Part shown: piece after piece, positions 29,012-37,922 of the stretch | Layout: every line of letters starts with the position of its first letter | How positions within the stretch are numbered: the first letter of the stretch is position 1 | NCBI GenBank assembly: GCA_965250285.1 | Contig: OZ252299.1 | Coordinates: 704,001-768,000 of the forward strand | Reading direction: 5' to 3' | Origin: Myxococcota bacterium | GTDB lineage: Bacteria > Myxococcota_A > UBA9160 > UBA4427 | Length of the DNA: 64,000 nucleotides | Made by a program: the position numbers and the translations under genes | Notes under the pieces: generated by a model | Seen by the model: the letters and a program-made list of their open reading frames with translations, nothing else | Databases searched by the model: none | What the model was told of the DNA's origin: nothing

Positions 29012-29758
29012 TCAGTCGATGGGGTCCGAGACCAGCGGGTTGTAGATTTCCGCGTCGTAGGCGGGCACGTTCACGCCTTCGACGTGTGGGGCGGCCTTGT
29101 ACCCGACGGCCTCAGGATCGGCGAGCTTCTGGCGGACGATCCAGATCGATTCGTCGACGTCGGGCCCGACCTCGACACCCGTCTCGGACATGCCCGCATC
29201 TTCGACGGGCATGCCTTCGTGGGGCGTGACGATGATCGTCGTGAGCGAGTGGACGACCTCCTTCTCACCCCCACTGCCGTCGTCGACCATCGTCTTCTGA
29301 CGGACGATGTGCGTTTCGAAGTGGTGGCCGGCACAGATCCACAACACTTGCACCGGCACCTTCTCGCTCTGCAGGCTCTCGTAGTGCCTTTTCAGGACGC
29401 ACGTCGTCCAGAAGCCCATCCGGACGACGGGATCGATGGGCTGATAGCCCGGTCGGCGGGTCGTGCCGCGCCACCAGCGTCCGCGCCAGTCCTTCGGGTC
29501 GATCGCGTCCCCGTTCGACCTCTTGTGCCGGCCGAACCAGTCGATGCGGAGGTGGCGAATGTTCCACTTGTCGGGGTCCTTGGTCTTGTCCAAGGCTCGC
29601 TGCCCGCCGTACAGATCCCTGAGGATGCGGATCATCGGCTTGCTCTGGTTGGACAGGTCGCCGATGAGCCCATCGATGTCGGTGGTCTTGTTGATCACGC
29701 GCTCGATCTGCTGGATCGCAAACCCGCGCATCGTGTTGCCAGGCATTCCGGTGGGCAT
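29012..29758 (-). CDS. Hypothetical protein, paralog B (WICAGHHFE family)
   Basis: Starts MPTGMPGNTMRG like paralog A. RBS aaggag before ATG 29758. Confidence 0.85.
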   Translation of the reverse strand: MPTGMPGNTMRGFAIQQIERVINKTTDIDGLIGDLSNQSKPMIRILRDLYGGQRALDKTKDPDKWNIRHLRIDWFGRHKRSNGDAIDPKDWRGRWWRGTTRRPGYQPIDPVVRMGFWTTCVLKRHYESLQSEKVPVQVLWICAGHHFETHIVRQKTMVDDGSGGEKEVVHSLTTIIVTPHEGMPVEDAGMSETGVEVGPDVDESIWIVRQKLADPEAVGYKAAPHVEGVNVPAYDAEIYNPLVSDPID

Positions 29759-29829
29759 GAGAACTCCTTCGTCTGCTTCAGCGCGGGCATCCGGACTCAG
29801 CGTCGGAGACCCGTTCGAGTGCATGGCGT

Positions 29830-29845
29830 AGCAATCGCGACACCG
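29830..29845 (-). promoter_or_regulatory. Possible sigma-54 promoter for paralog B
   Basis: Minus strand CGGTGTCGCGATTGCT (GG-N10-GC with TTGC). The -24 box is imperfect. Confidence 0.35.
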
Positions 29846-30071
29846 AGGCGATGTCACACCCGATACATATCATGTGAGTGCGCACGGGCTGATGAAATCT
29901 GCTGTGCGTAGGCAAGTGAGAACGCGCGCGAGCCGATGGCGTCGGGGGTTTCCGCCACACCCGCCCGCGAGTCTGCCGTGCTCGCGAATGCGAGTCGGGT
30001 GCGCAGGGTTGGGTCGCGAGTTGCCGGTCGCGTCGAGGCGAGCCGAGCCCGCGCGTCGGGTCGAACCCCGC

Positions 30072-31652
30072 TCAGCTCCGCGTCGAGGCCGCGCGCGCCC
30101 TGCGCCAACCGAGGGCGCCGAGGGACGCGGCGACGATGGCACCCGCGGCGGGCACCAGCATGGGCACGCTCGGCGTCGACGTGATGCTCGTGATGAAGAT
30201 GTCGTTCTGACCGTTCGATGTGAACAATGCGGTGCCGTCGCCCGGGTCGAAGTCGACATTGGCCCCCGAGAAGTCGCCCACCAGGTGAGGTCGATCGCTC
30301 GGGTCGACCGTGATCGAGTAGCCGAACGAGTCGGCGGTCGAAGGCGCCTCGTAGATGTCGAGCGATTCGAAGACGCCCGTGTTGGAGTAGCGCGCAATGA
30401 AGGCGTCGAAGGGGAAGGGCGGCATCTCGGCCGCGCCCGGGCCGGGGTCGAGGTCGACCGTGCCGAAGGTCTGGCCCGTCAGCAGCAGGGCCCCCGTGCT
30501 GTCGACGACCAGATCGGTACCGGTGTCGTCACCGGTGTCGCCTGCGGCGAACGCGAATCGAACGCCGCCAACGGAGTCGTAGCTTGCGACGAAGAGGTCG
30601 CGGTTGGCCACGGCCGTGAGCTCGAGCAGACCGACCGCCGGATCGAAGTCGGCAGTGCCGAGAAAGAAGCCCGTGATGAAGGCCTGACCAGCGTCATCGA
30701 CGTCGACGCTGCGGGCCTCGTCGCGTTGGGTTCCGCCCATGCGGACGGCGTACCGATACGCCCCCGAGCTCGTGTAGCTCGCCAGGAACGCGTCCTCCTG
30801 TCCGGCCGACGTCAGAGTTGCCACCAAAGGACCTGGATCGAAGTCGGCGCTCTCTCGGAAGAAGCCCGTCACGTATACGTTGTCCGCGTCGTCCAGGGCA
30901 ACGCCCCAGGCGTTGTCACCTGCGGTGCCACCGAGGGCGAAGGCGAAACGCACCTCACCGTCGTTCGAGTAGCTCGCCAGGAACGCGTCCGTGTTGCCTT
31001 CGCTCTCGACGATCAGCTCGTCGACTTCGTCCGGGTCGAAGTCGGCTTCGCCCGGGAAGAGGCCGGCGACATAGACGTTGCCGATGCTGTCGACCGCGAT
31101 GTCGCGGCCGGCCTCGAGCACACTCAGCTCGTCGCCCCCGATCTGAAACGCGAAGCGGTATGCGCCGGTTGGGCCGTAGCTCGCCACGAAGGTGTTGCCA
31201 TCGGTGCCGACCAGAGAGACGAGATCGGGGCCGGGGTCGAAGTCGCCGACGCCGGTGAACCAACCGGTCACGAACACGTTGCCGGCCGCATCGAACGCGA
31301 CGCCGCGCTCATTCACGAGACCGCCGCCGGGTCCGAGCGGCACGACGAAGCGCAGCGCGCCGGCCGGGGTGTAGCTCGCGACGTAGTTCGTGAAGCTCGA
31401 GACCGACGTCAGCTCGGTCACGCCGGGGCCGGGATCGAAGTCGACGGTACCCCGAAACTGACCGGCGATGGCGACGTTGCCCGCCGCATCGATGGCGATC
31501 GCGCGCCCTGTGTCTGACTGAGTCCCGCCGATCTGATACGCGAGCTGGGCGCGCGCCGGCGCGGCGTCCAGGAGGAACGCAAGCGCGGCCACGACGAAGA
31601 TCAAGTGCGCGCGGGGCAGGGTGAATCCGGCAGAAGGCGAGCGAAAGGGCAT
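30072..31652 (-). CDS. SBBP-repeat beta-propeller surface protein with IPTL-CTERM-like tail
   Basis: Repeats of the type D.AGNV.V.G.F.G..DFDPGP...D.F.ASY, signal peptide, C-terminal PSVPMLVP-TM-WRRAR. Confidence 0.85.
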   Translation of the reverse strand: MPFRSPSAGFTLPRAHLIFVVAALAFLLDAAPARAQLAYQIGGTQSDTGRAIAIDAAGNVAIAGQFRGTVDFDPGPGVTELTSVSSFTNYVASYTPAGALRFVVPLGPGGGLVNERGVAFDAAGNVFVTGWFTGVGDFDPGPDLVSLVGTDGNTFVASYGPTGAYRFAFQIGGDELSVLEAGRDIAVDSIGNVYVAGLFPGEADFDPDEVDELIVESEGNTDAFLASYSNDGEVRFAFALGGTAGDNAWGVALDDADNVYVTGFFRESADFDPGPLVATLTSAGQEDAFLASYTSSGAYRYAVRMGGTQRDEARSVDVDDAGQAFITGFFLGTADFDPAVGLLELTAVANRDLFVASYDSVGGVRFAFAAGDTGDDTGTDLVVDSTGALLLTGQTFGTVDLDPGPGAAEMPPFPFDAFIARYSNTGVFESLDIYEAPSTADSFGYSITVDPSDRPHLVGDFSGANVDFDPGDGTALFTSNGQNDIFITSITSTPSVPMLVPAAGAIVAASLGALGWRRARAASTRS

Positions 31653-32304
31653 GGGACGCGAGCTCCGTTCGAGAATGAGTGCTTCGAGCCAGCCTACGCG
31701 AGCAGGCTGGGCCTGTACAGCATTCGGTGTCGGCCGACGCGAAGCGCGCCGGAGCGCGCGAGCCCGTGTGGCGGGCTCGCTTCTTCTAGACACCACGCGC
31801 TCGGTCAGCGTGTCTCGGCCTCGAGTCGAGGCGTCGGCGGTCCGCTTTCGGCCGACCGCTCGATCCCTCCGAGCGGATGCGCGGCCAGGGCGGTTCGCGT
31901 TCGATCGTTGGGAGCGTGCGTTTCGCCGGTGCCGCCGTTTGATCGGGGCTGCGGCGGTCTTGCTCGTCGTCGAAGGCGCCCGACGAACGGGCACGACCCG
32001 TGCCGAGCGATCGACCCGCCCGGCCGCGCGAAGGCGCGTTCGGGCGCACGAGGCCCATGTCAGCCTCAGCGCGTAGGTTGGTTCGTCGGTGGATCGATTC
32101 TAGTTCGAATCGGCACGCCCGTGCGAAAAACGGCCCACTCGCCTTGGCATCGCCCTCGCATCGCCCTCCCTTCGCCATGGTCTCGATCCAGCCGAGCGTG
32201 CCCGGAGGTTGGGCACACTGCCTCGTGAGCGATCGGCTTCGGCCCGCTTGGCGGGGACGCGGGACGCGAAGCGGATTCGGGCGCAGTTGGGCCGCCGCCG
32301 GCTA

Positions 32305-32320
32305 CGGCACGCGAGTTGCA
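32305..32320 (+). promoter_or_regulatory. Sigma-54 promoter upstream of ppk2
   Basis: CGGCACGCGAGTTGCA (GG-N10-GC), 47 nt before the ATG. Confidence 0.65.
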
Positions 32321-32367
32321 CGATTGGCGGAAGAGAATTCGAAGATCGACCGACGGAGGCTCTTTCT

Positions 32368-33240
32368 ATGGCCAAGGTGAACCCGAAGCCCGAAGACGTG
32401 GCGGTGGCAGGCGTGCACTCCATCCCGGCGAATGGGACAGGCGGCGACGTCCAAGCGGCGCGCAGCAAGATCGACCGGGCGCACTACGAGAAAGAGCTCG
32501 CGCGGCTTCAGATCGAGTTGGTCAAGCTCCAGGAGTGGATCAAGCACGCCGGGCTCAAGGTGGTCGTTCTCTTCGAGGGCCGCGACGCTGCGGGCAAGGG
32601 CGGTGTGATCAAGCGCATCACCGAGTGCCTCAACCCTCGAATCTGCCGAGTCGTCGCGCTCGGGCGACCGACCGAGCGCGAGAAGACGAGCTGGTACTTC
32701 AAGCGTTACGTCGAGCACCTGCCGGCTGCGGGCGAGATGGTGCTCTTCGATCGAAGCTGGTACAACCGCGCCGGTGTCGAGAAGGTCATGGGGTTCTGCA
32801 GCGACGAGGAGCACGCCGAGTTCATGCGCTCGTGCCCCGAGTTCGAGCGCATGCTCGTTCGCTCGGGCATCGTTTTGATCAAGTACTGGTTCTCGGTCAG
32901 CGATGGTGAGCAAGAGCGTCGATTCCAGAAGCGGATGAAGGATCCGACGCGGAGCTGGAAGCTCAGCCCGATGGACGTCGAATCTCGCTCGCGCTGGGTG
33001 GCGTACTCGAGGGCGAAGGACGAGATGTTCGCGCACACCGACATCAAGCAGGCGCCGTGGTACGTGGTGAAGGCCGACGTCAAGAAGGCCGCGCGGCTCA
33101 ACTGTATCCACCACCTGCTCAGCATGATCGACTACAAGGACCTCACGCCCACGCCGGACGCGCTCCCGCCGAGGCCCGAGCCCGAGGGCTACGTGCGTCC
33201 ACCCTTGTCGGATCAGACCTTCATTCCCGACGTCTGGTAG
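32368..33240 (+). CDS. ppk2: Polyphosphate kinase 2
   Basis: FEGRDAAGKGG, FDRSWYNRAGVE, WKLSPMD. RBS ggagg before ATG 32368. Confidence 0.95.
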   Translation: MAKVNPKPEDVAVAGVHSIPANGTGGDVQAARSKIDRAHYEKELARLQIELVKLQEWIKHAGLKVVVLFEGRDAAGKGGVIKRITECLNPRICRVVALGRPTEREKTSWYFKRYVEHLPAAGEMVLFDRSWYNRAGVEKVMGFCSDEEHAEFMRSCPEFERMLVRSGIVLIKYWFSVSDGEQERRFQKRMKDPTRSWKLSPMDVESRSRWVAYSRAKDEMFAHTDIKQAPWYVVKADVKKAARLNCIHHLLSMIDYKDLTPTPDALPPRPEPEGYVRPPLSDQTFIPDVW

Positions 33241-33300
33241 GCCCGCTCGCCGGCGCGCCAACGCGGCGAGCGACGCATCGTGTGAGGTCAACGAAGAACG

Positions 33301-34362
33301 GTGTCTCGACCGCTCGGGCGTGTGATCGGAGGGATCGGCGCCTTCGTGGCGGTGTGCGGCGTGGGCGTCGCGGGCTACATGGTGGCCGGTTGGAGCGCCC
33401 TCGACTCGCTCTACATGGTCGTGATCACGGTCTTCGGTGTGGGCTACGGCGAGGTGCGCCCTGTGATCTCGCCGCCGCTTCGTGGGTTCACGATCGGTGT
33501 GATCGTCGCGGGCTATGCAGCTGCGGTCTACGCGGTGGGGGGCTTCATTCAGCTCGTGACCGAGGGTGAGATCCGGCGAGCGTTGGGAGCGAGACGAGTG
33601 ACGACCGACATCGAGCGGCTACGGGGCCACGCCATCGTCTGCGGGTACGGGCGGATCGGTCGGATCCTGTGCCGCGAGCTGCGCGCAGCACAGACCGACG
33701 TCGTCGTCGTGGATGACGACGAGGGCAAGGTGGCCGACGCTCTCGCCGACGGCATGTTGGCTCTGAGGGGGGACGCGACGCGCGAGGAAGATCTGGCGCG
33801 CGCCGGGCTCGAGCACGCGTCGGTCCTCGCGACGGTGCTGCCGCAGGATGCGCTGAACGTCTTCGTGACGCTGACGGCCAGTGGTCTCGCACCCGAGCTT
33901 CGCATCCTGGCGCGCGCCGAGCACCCGAGCAGCGAGTCGAAGCTCTTGCGCAGCGGCGCGGCCGAGGTGGTGCTCCCGGCCGCGAGTGGCGCCCGGCGGC
34001 TCGCCCATCTCGTCACGCAGCCCGACGTGGCCGCGATGCTCGAGAAGATCGACCACGTGGGCGAACTCGACGAGGAGCTCGGGCGCATCGGCCTCCAGCT
34101 CGAAGAGTTCATCGTGCCCGAGGCCTCGCCGCTCGTCGGGCGCACCGTGGCCGACCTCGAGATCGGCGGCAACCACGGGTTTCTGATCGTGGCCGTCCGC
34201 CACGTCGACGGCCGCGTCATTGTCAACCCGCCCGATCATACCCGCGTCGTCGAGGGCCAGGCCGTGATCGTGGTGGGGCATCTCGACGATCTGCCTGAGC
34301 TGAAGGCGCGGTACGAGCTGAAGCGCGAGCGCACGTACCGGGGCGTGCGATACCGCTCATAG
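33301..34362 (+). CDS. Potassium channel with RCK (TrkA-N/TrkA-C) domains
   Basis: 2 TM plus pore VITVFGVGYGE, Rossmann CGYGRIG. Confidence 0.9.
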   Translation: MSRPLGRVIGGIGAFVAVCGVGVAGYMVAGWSALDSLYMVVITVFGVGYGEVRPVISPPLRGFTIGVIVAGYAAAVYAVGGFIQLVTEGEIRRALGARRVTTDIERLRGHAIVCGYGRIGRILCRELRAAQTDVVVVDDDEGKVADALADGMLALRGDATREEDLARAGLEHASVLATVLPQDALNVFVTLTASGLAPELRILARAEHPSSESKLLRSGAAEVVLPAASGARRLAHLVTQPDVAAMLEKIDHVGELDEELGRIGLQLEEFIVPEASPLVGRTVADLEIGGNHGFLIVAVRHVDGRVIVNPPDHTRVVEGQAVIVVGHLDDLPELKARYELKRERTYRGVRYRS

Positions 34363-34466
34363 AGCCGCCGCGGCCGTGTTGCCAGCGCGTTGCAGCTCGC
34401 TGGAGTGAGCCAGTTCACCGAGGGCCGGCCGAGACCGGCCGATGGAGACGACAGGAGGTCGTCCCC

Positions 34467-34781
34467 ATGAAACCCCTCCTGATCTTCGTTGCCCTGTTCG
34501 CGGCCGTGACGATGCATCGGTTCTGGATCGGGCCCGCGCTCGACGATCTCGCTGGCGCGTCGCTCGACGCGGATGCGCATCGTGCGCTCGACCTGCGCTG
34601 TGGCGCCCCCGAACATCGGGCATCGCACGCGTGTCGAGCCCGCCTGGGGCGGCTGTTCGCCAGCGGCGCACTCGATCCCGAACGGACGCTCCGCGCGCAC
34701 TGCGAAGAGATCGTCGCCGCGCCATGGGGAAGAGCTCATCCCGCGCCGCCGCCGATCTGCAGCGAACGCTTCGGGATGTAA
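34467..34781 (+). CDS. Small secreted hypothetical protein with four Cys
   Basis: Strong RBS aggagg, hydrophobic N-terminus MKPLLIFVALFAAV. Confidence 0.6.
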   Translation: MKPLLIFVALFAAVTMHRFWIGPALDDLAGASLDADAHRALDLRCGAPEHRASHACRARLGRLFASGALDPERTLRAHCEEIVAAPWGRAHPAPPPICSERFGM

Positions 34782-35208
34782 GCGCACCGTTCACGTCGCG
34801 TGCGCACGTCGCCCGATCGATGGCGTCGATCGGGCCGCGCTCCCACATCCGCCTTCGTTCTCTTCGTGTGCTGCGTCGTCGAGGTGATTCCGACCTCGAC
34901 GGAAGGCACCGTTCTCACGCCCTTCGTTGCGTTTCGAGCTGCCCGCCCGTTGCCGGCGGTTTGCCCCACAGTGAGTGCGCAGCTCATGCCGAACCGGCCC
35001 GACGCGCTTGGGTGTCGGGTCCCCCCGTCGTCGGGCCCGTCGCCGATCCCCCGAAAAGGTGGGAGAAAACCCTCAATCACGAAGCGGGTTGGCTCGATTC
35101 AAGAAGCTGGCGCATTGCCTCTCTCAGGCGGCTGCGCTCGACGCACATCGTGGTCGGCACGCGGGAATCGCCTGCGGTCGAGCGCGCAGAGTCCAACCGG
35201 AGATGGAC

Positions 35209-35931
35209 ATGTCAGACCAGACGATTCGATTGCATTCCAAAGTCAAGCGCCGAGTCGGGGGCTACTCGGTGGCCGAAGTCGCGATCACGCTGGCGATCAT
35301 CGCTGTCGCGGCAGTGATCGCCGTGCCGAGCCTCAACCGGGCGACGCAGAATCGCGAGCTGAAGGATTCGGCCAACGCGCTCAACTCGGGCCTCACCGGC
35401 GCGCGCGGCGAAGCGATGCGCACCGGCGACGTGCATCTCTTCTTCGTCTTCGAAGATGCCGAGGGCAACCGGCTCGTCGATCAGAATGGTGACCAGGTGC
35501 CGGCGCTCGTGCTGAACGACGGTGCTCCGGGCTCGGCCGGTCAGAACTGCCGGATCGACGCCGGCGAAGAGGTGCAGCCGCTGTCGTCCGAGCAGGTCAA
35601 GCAGCTCGCCGAGCTGATGGGCCAGGGCATGCAAGGCGGCACGATCGGGGGTGAGACCTCGAACGGCTACGTGAAGGCGGCGTCGAGCTTCGAAGACCCG
35701 GCCGGCAATCTCGTGACTTGGGTGATGTTTCGGCCCGAAGGCATGCCGGTCGCGTTCGACGCGAACTGCAACCTCGGCGAGCCCGGCAGCGGTGCCGGTG
35801 GCCTCTACATCAAGAACGAGCAGCAGGCGTTCGCGATCGAGATGAGCCCGATGGGCACCACGAAGGTGACGGTCGTCGGCGGCGTCGGTTCGGCCGGCGG
35901 CGGTGGCGTGGGCGGCGCTCCGGTGCAGTAG
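35209..35931 (+). CDS. GspH/FimT-like (pseudo)pilin
   Basis: Class III signal GGYSVAEVAITLAIIAV..., ARGEAMRTG, VMFRPEG. Confidence 0.82.
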   Translation: MSDQTIRLHSKVKRRVGGYSVAEVAITLAIIAVAAVIAVPSLNRATQNRELKDSANALNSGLTGARGEAMRTGDVHLFFVFEDAEGNRLVDQNGDQVPALVLNDGAPGSAGQNCRIDAGEEVQPLSSEQVKQLAELMGQGMQGGTIGGETSNGYVKAASSFEDPAGNLVTWVMFRPEGMPVAFDANCNLGEPGSGAGGLYIKNEQQAFAIEMSPMGTTKVTVVGGVGSAGGGGVGGAPVQ

Positions 35932-35984
35932 CCCCGACCGGACACCAGCCCGCGAGGGCTGCATCCTCGAACGGTCGAACGTCG

Positions 35985-37082
35985 CTAGGCCCCGGCGCGA
36001 CCAGCTCGCCACGCGTCGAGGTGGGCGCGCAGGCCGAAGCAGATCTCGGCGCCCCAGATCGATCCCGCGAGCGCCAACCATGCCCACTGTGCATGGGGGC
36101 CGAGCCCCTGACTCAGGAGCGACACGCCCTCGCGCGTCGCCGCGACCCCGAGCGCCGCGCCGCCGATCGAGACGAGGGGGCGCCTCGCCATGCGCGCATA
36201 CAGCCGGTCGAAGAACGGGCCGACGCGTTGCTCGAGTCGGCTCCAGTCGAAGAAGAGCGGATAGAGCCCGGCAAAGCTCATCGACGTGATCTGCAGGAAC
36301 CACACGTTGTTGAAGTGAAAGAAGGCCGCCGCCGTACAGAAGGCCCGAAACGAGACGATGTGGAGCGCGGCGAAGAGAAAGCCGACCTCCAACGTCACGA
36401 CGAACCAGTCGGCGGTCTCCCAGAGCCAGCTCGCCTCGAAATCGCGGATCGAGCCAGGACCGACCCAGCCGATCCCGAGCGCCTCGTAGAGCATCGCGTG
36501 GGCATACGACGCCTGGACCTCGGGTCCGAGCCATCCGAAGAGCGCCTTCTCGAAGCCGGCCGTGAACATGCCGAAGCCGAGCAGCAGCGCCATGATCGCA
36601 ACGGGCCCCCCGGCGCTCGATGCGCTCGGTTGCGCGCGACCGAGCGCCGCATCGAGTGAGTAGCGTTCGCCCCAGCCCGAGAAGGCCATCACGAGCGGCA
36701 GCCAGTCGAGGATCGAGTGGATCGACTTGCCGAACGAGAAGACGAAGCTGTTGCCGGTGATGATGGCCGCAAAGAGGAGCAGGGACGCCCAGCGCGTGCG
36801 ATAGCCGAGCAGCAGCGCGCACCCCGTGACGAGCACGAACAGATCGAGCGCCAGAAAGAACGGCTCGGGCGGAAAGCCCGAAAAGACGCTCACAACGCTC
36901 ACCGGCGGATGGAAGAAGCTCGCCGGGAACCCGTCGATGAAGCGTGTGCGGAAAGGGATGAAGAGAAACAGCCAGAGCACGAAGAACATGCGGTAGAGCC
37001 CGAGCTTGCCCGGGCTCGGCGCGTAGAAGCCATGGATCCAGCCGTCGAGCCAGGTCAGCGCACGTCTCGACAGGGCCGTCAC
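35985..37082 (-). CDS. HTTM-like multi-pass membrane protein
   Basis: LLLGYRTR, SFGKSIH, YSLDA, FTAGFEKA, FFHFNN. GTG start overlaps the upstream stop (GTGA). Confidence 0.7.
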   Translation of the reverse strand: MTALSRRALTWLDGWIHGFYAPSPGKLGLYRMFFVLWLFLFIPFRTRFIDGFPASFFHPPVSVVSVFSGFPPEPFFLALDLFVLVTGCALLLGYRTRWASLLLFAAIITGNSFVFSFGKSIHSILDWLPLVMAFSGWGERYSLDAALGRAQPSASSAGGPVAIMALLLGFGMFTAGFEKALFGWLGPEVQASYAHAMLYEALGIGWVGPGSIRDFEASWLWETADWFVVTLEVGFLFAALHIVSFRAFCTAAAFFHFNNVWFLQITSMSFAGLYPLFFDWSRLEQRVGPFFDRLYARMARRPLVSIGGAALGVAATREGVSLLSQGLGPHAQWAWLALAGSIWGAEICFGLRAHLDAWRAGRAGA

Positions 37083-37744
37083 GGCGTGCCGCTCTCGGAA
37101 CGATGCGCGAGCGGCACGCGGCTCTCGACGATGACTTCGATGCTCGGCGCGTCGCCGAGCAGGCCATCCGGGCTGCGGGTGTAGATCTCGTTGATCCACT
37201 GAAAGTGGATCGCCCGCGCTTGCTCGAAGCCGAGCGGGCGCATGCGTCGGCGGAGCCACTCGACCGTATCGGGCGTCACGTCGACCGGGATCGAGTATCG
37301 CGGCTGCAGCCAGGTCGGTACCGACGCGCGCATCGTGTTCAGCAGGCGTCGCTGCCAGCTCCCGCCTTCGCCCCGGCGCCGTGGCTTCTTGTAGGTCAGA
37401 AACGTCTTCTTGTACGTCTCGTAGTGCGTGAACTTCGGCAGCTGGGCGAGCAGGTCGTCGAGCGGCAGCTCGGTGAGGTGGCCTTCTCCGGTCTCGACGA
37501 AGGTGCGGGGCCGCATCAGCACGGCGGTCTCGCCCACGGCCGGTGCCTCGGCGAAGCTCGGCAGGATGACGTTGGGGTAGGTCTCGCCGACGAGTCGTCC
37601 GAAGACGAGCTGGACCGGAAGCAGGACCAGCACGACGAGCACCACGAAGCGCCACCGCAGCCGCGTCCTCGAATCGAGCGGACCAGACACGCGATCGATG
37701 TGCGCGGCGCTCGACTCCTCGGGTCGATCGGGTGACGTCGCCAT
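37079..37744 (-). CDS. Hypothetical single-TM protein coupled to the HTTM-like gene
   Basis: One TM followed by ETYPNVILPSF. Stop overlaps the next start. Confidence 0.7.
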   Translation of the reverse strand: MATSPDRPEESSAAHIDRVSGPLDSRTRLRWRFVVLVVLVLLPVQLVFGRLVGETYPNVILPSFAEAPAVGETAVLMRPRTFVETGEGHLTELPLDDLLAQLPKFTHYETYKKTFLTYKKPRRRGEGGSWQRRLLNTMRASVPTWLQPRYSIPVDVTPDTVEWLRRRMRPLGFEQARAIHFQWINEIYTRSPDGLLGDAPSIEVIVESRVPLAHRSESGTP

Positions 37745-37850
37745 GGCGGCCCACTCTACATGCGGCGGTGCCGCCGGATCAACTCGATGCCTCGCGTCGT
37801 CGAATCGCGAAGGCTTCCTTCGACGGGCGCGCGCCGCCGGCAAGGCGAGC

Positions 37851-37915
37851 GCGCTCTCGGCAACGCTCGCGCGCTCCCGGCAACGCTCGCGCGCTCTCGG
37901 CAACGCTCGCGCGCT
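37851..37915. repeat. 20-bp tandem repeat, about 3.25 copies
   Basis: Unit gcgct(c)(t/c)cggcaacgctcgc at 37851, 37871 and 37891. Degenerate copy at 37831. Confidence 0.9.
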
Positions 37916-37922
37916 GGTTCGA

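Noticed and set aside
28210..29758. Inverted duplication as transposon ends or an assembly artefact
   Set aside because: The copies differ by many substitutions and indels while both frames stay open, and there is no transposase.
31786..32178. 130-aa minus-strand ORF in the SBBP-ppk2 gap
   Set aside because: Low-complexity translation without recognisable features. It cannot be supported, though a short protein is not excluded.
37831..37915. CRISPR array
   Set aside because: Units are contiguous with no unique spacers, and there are no cas genes.
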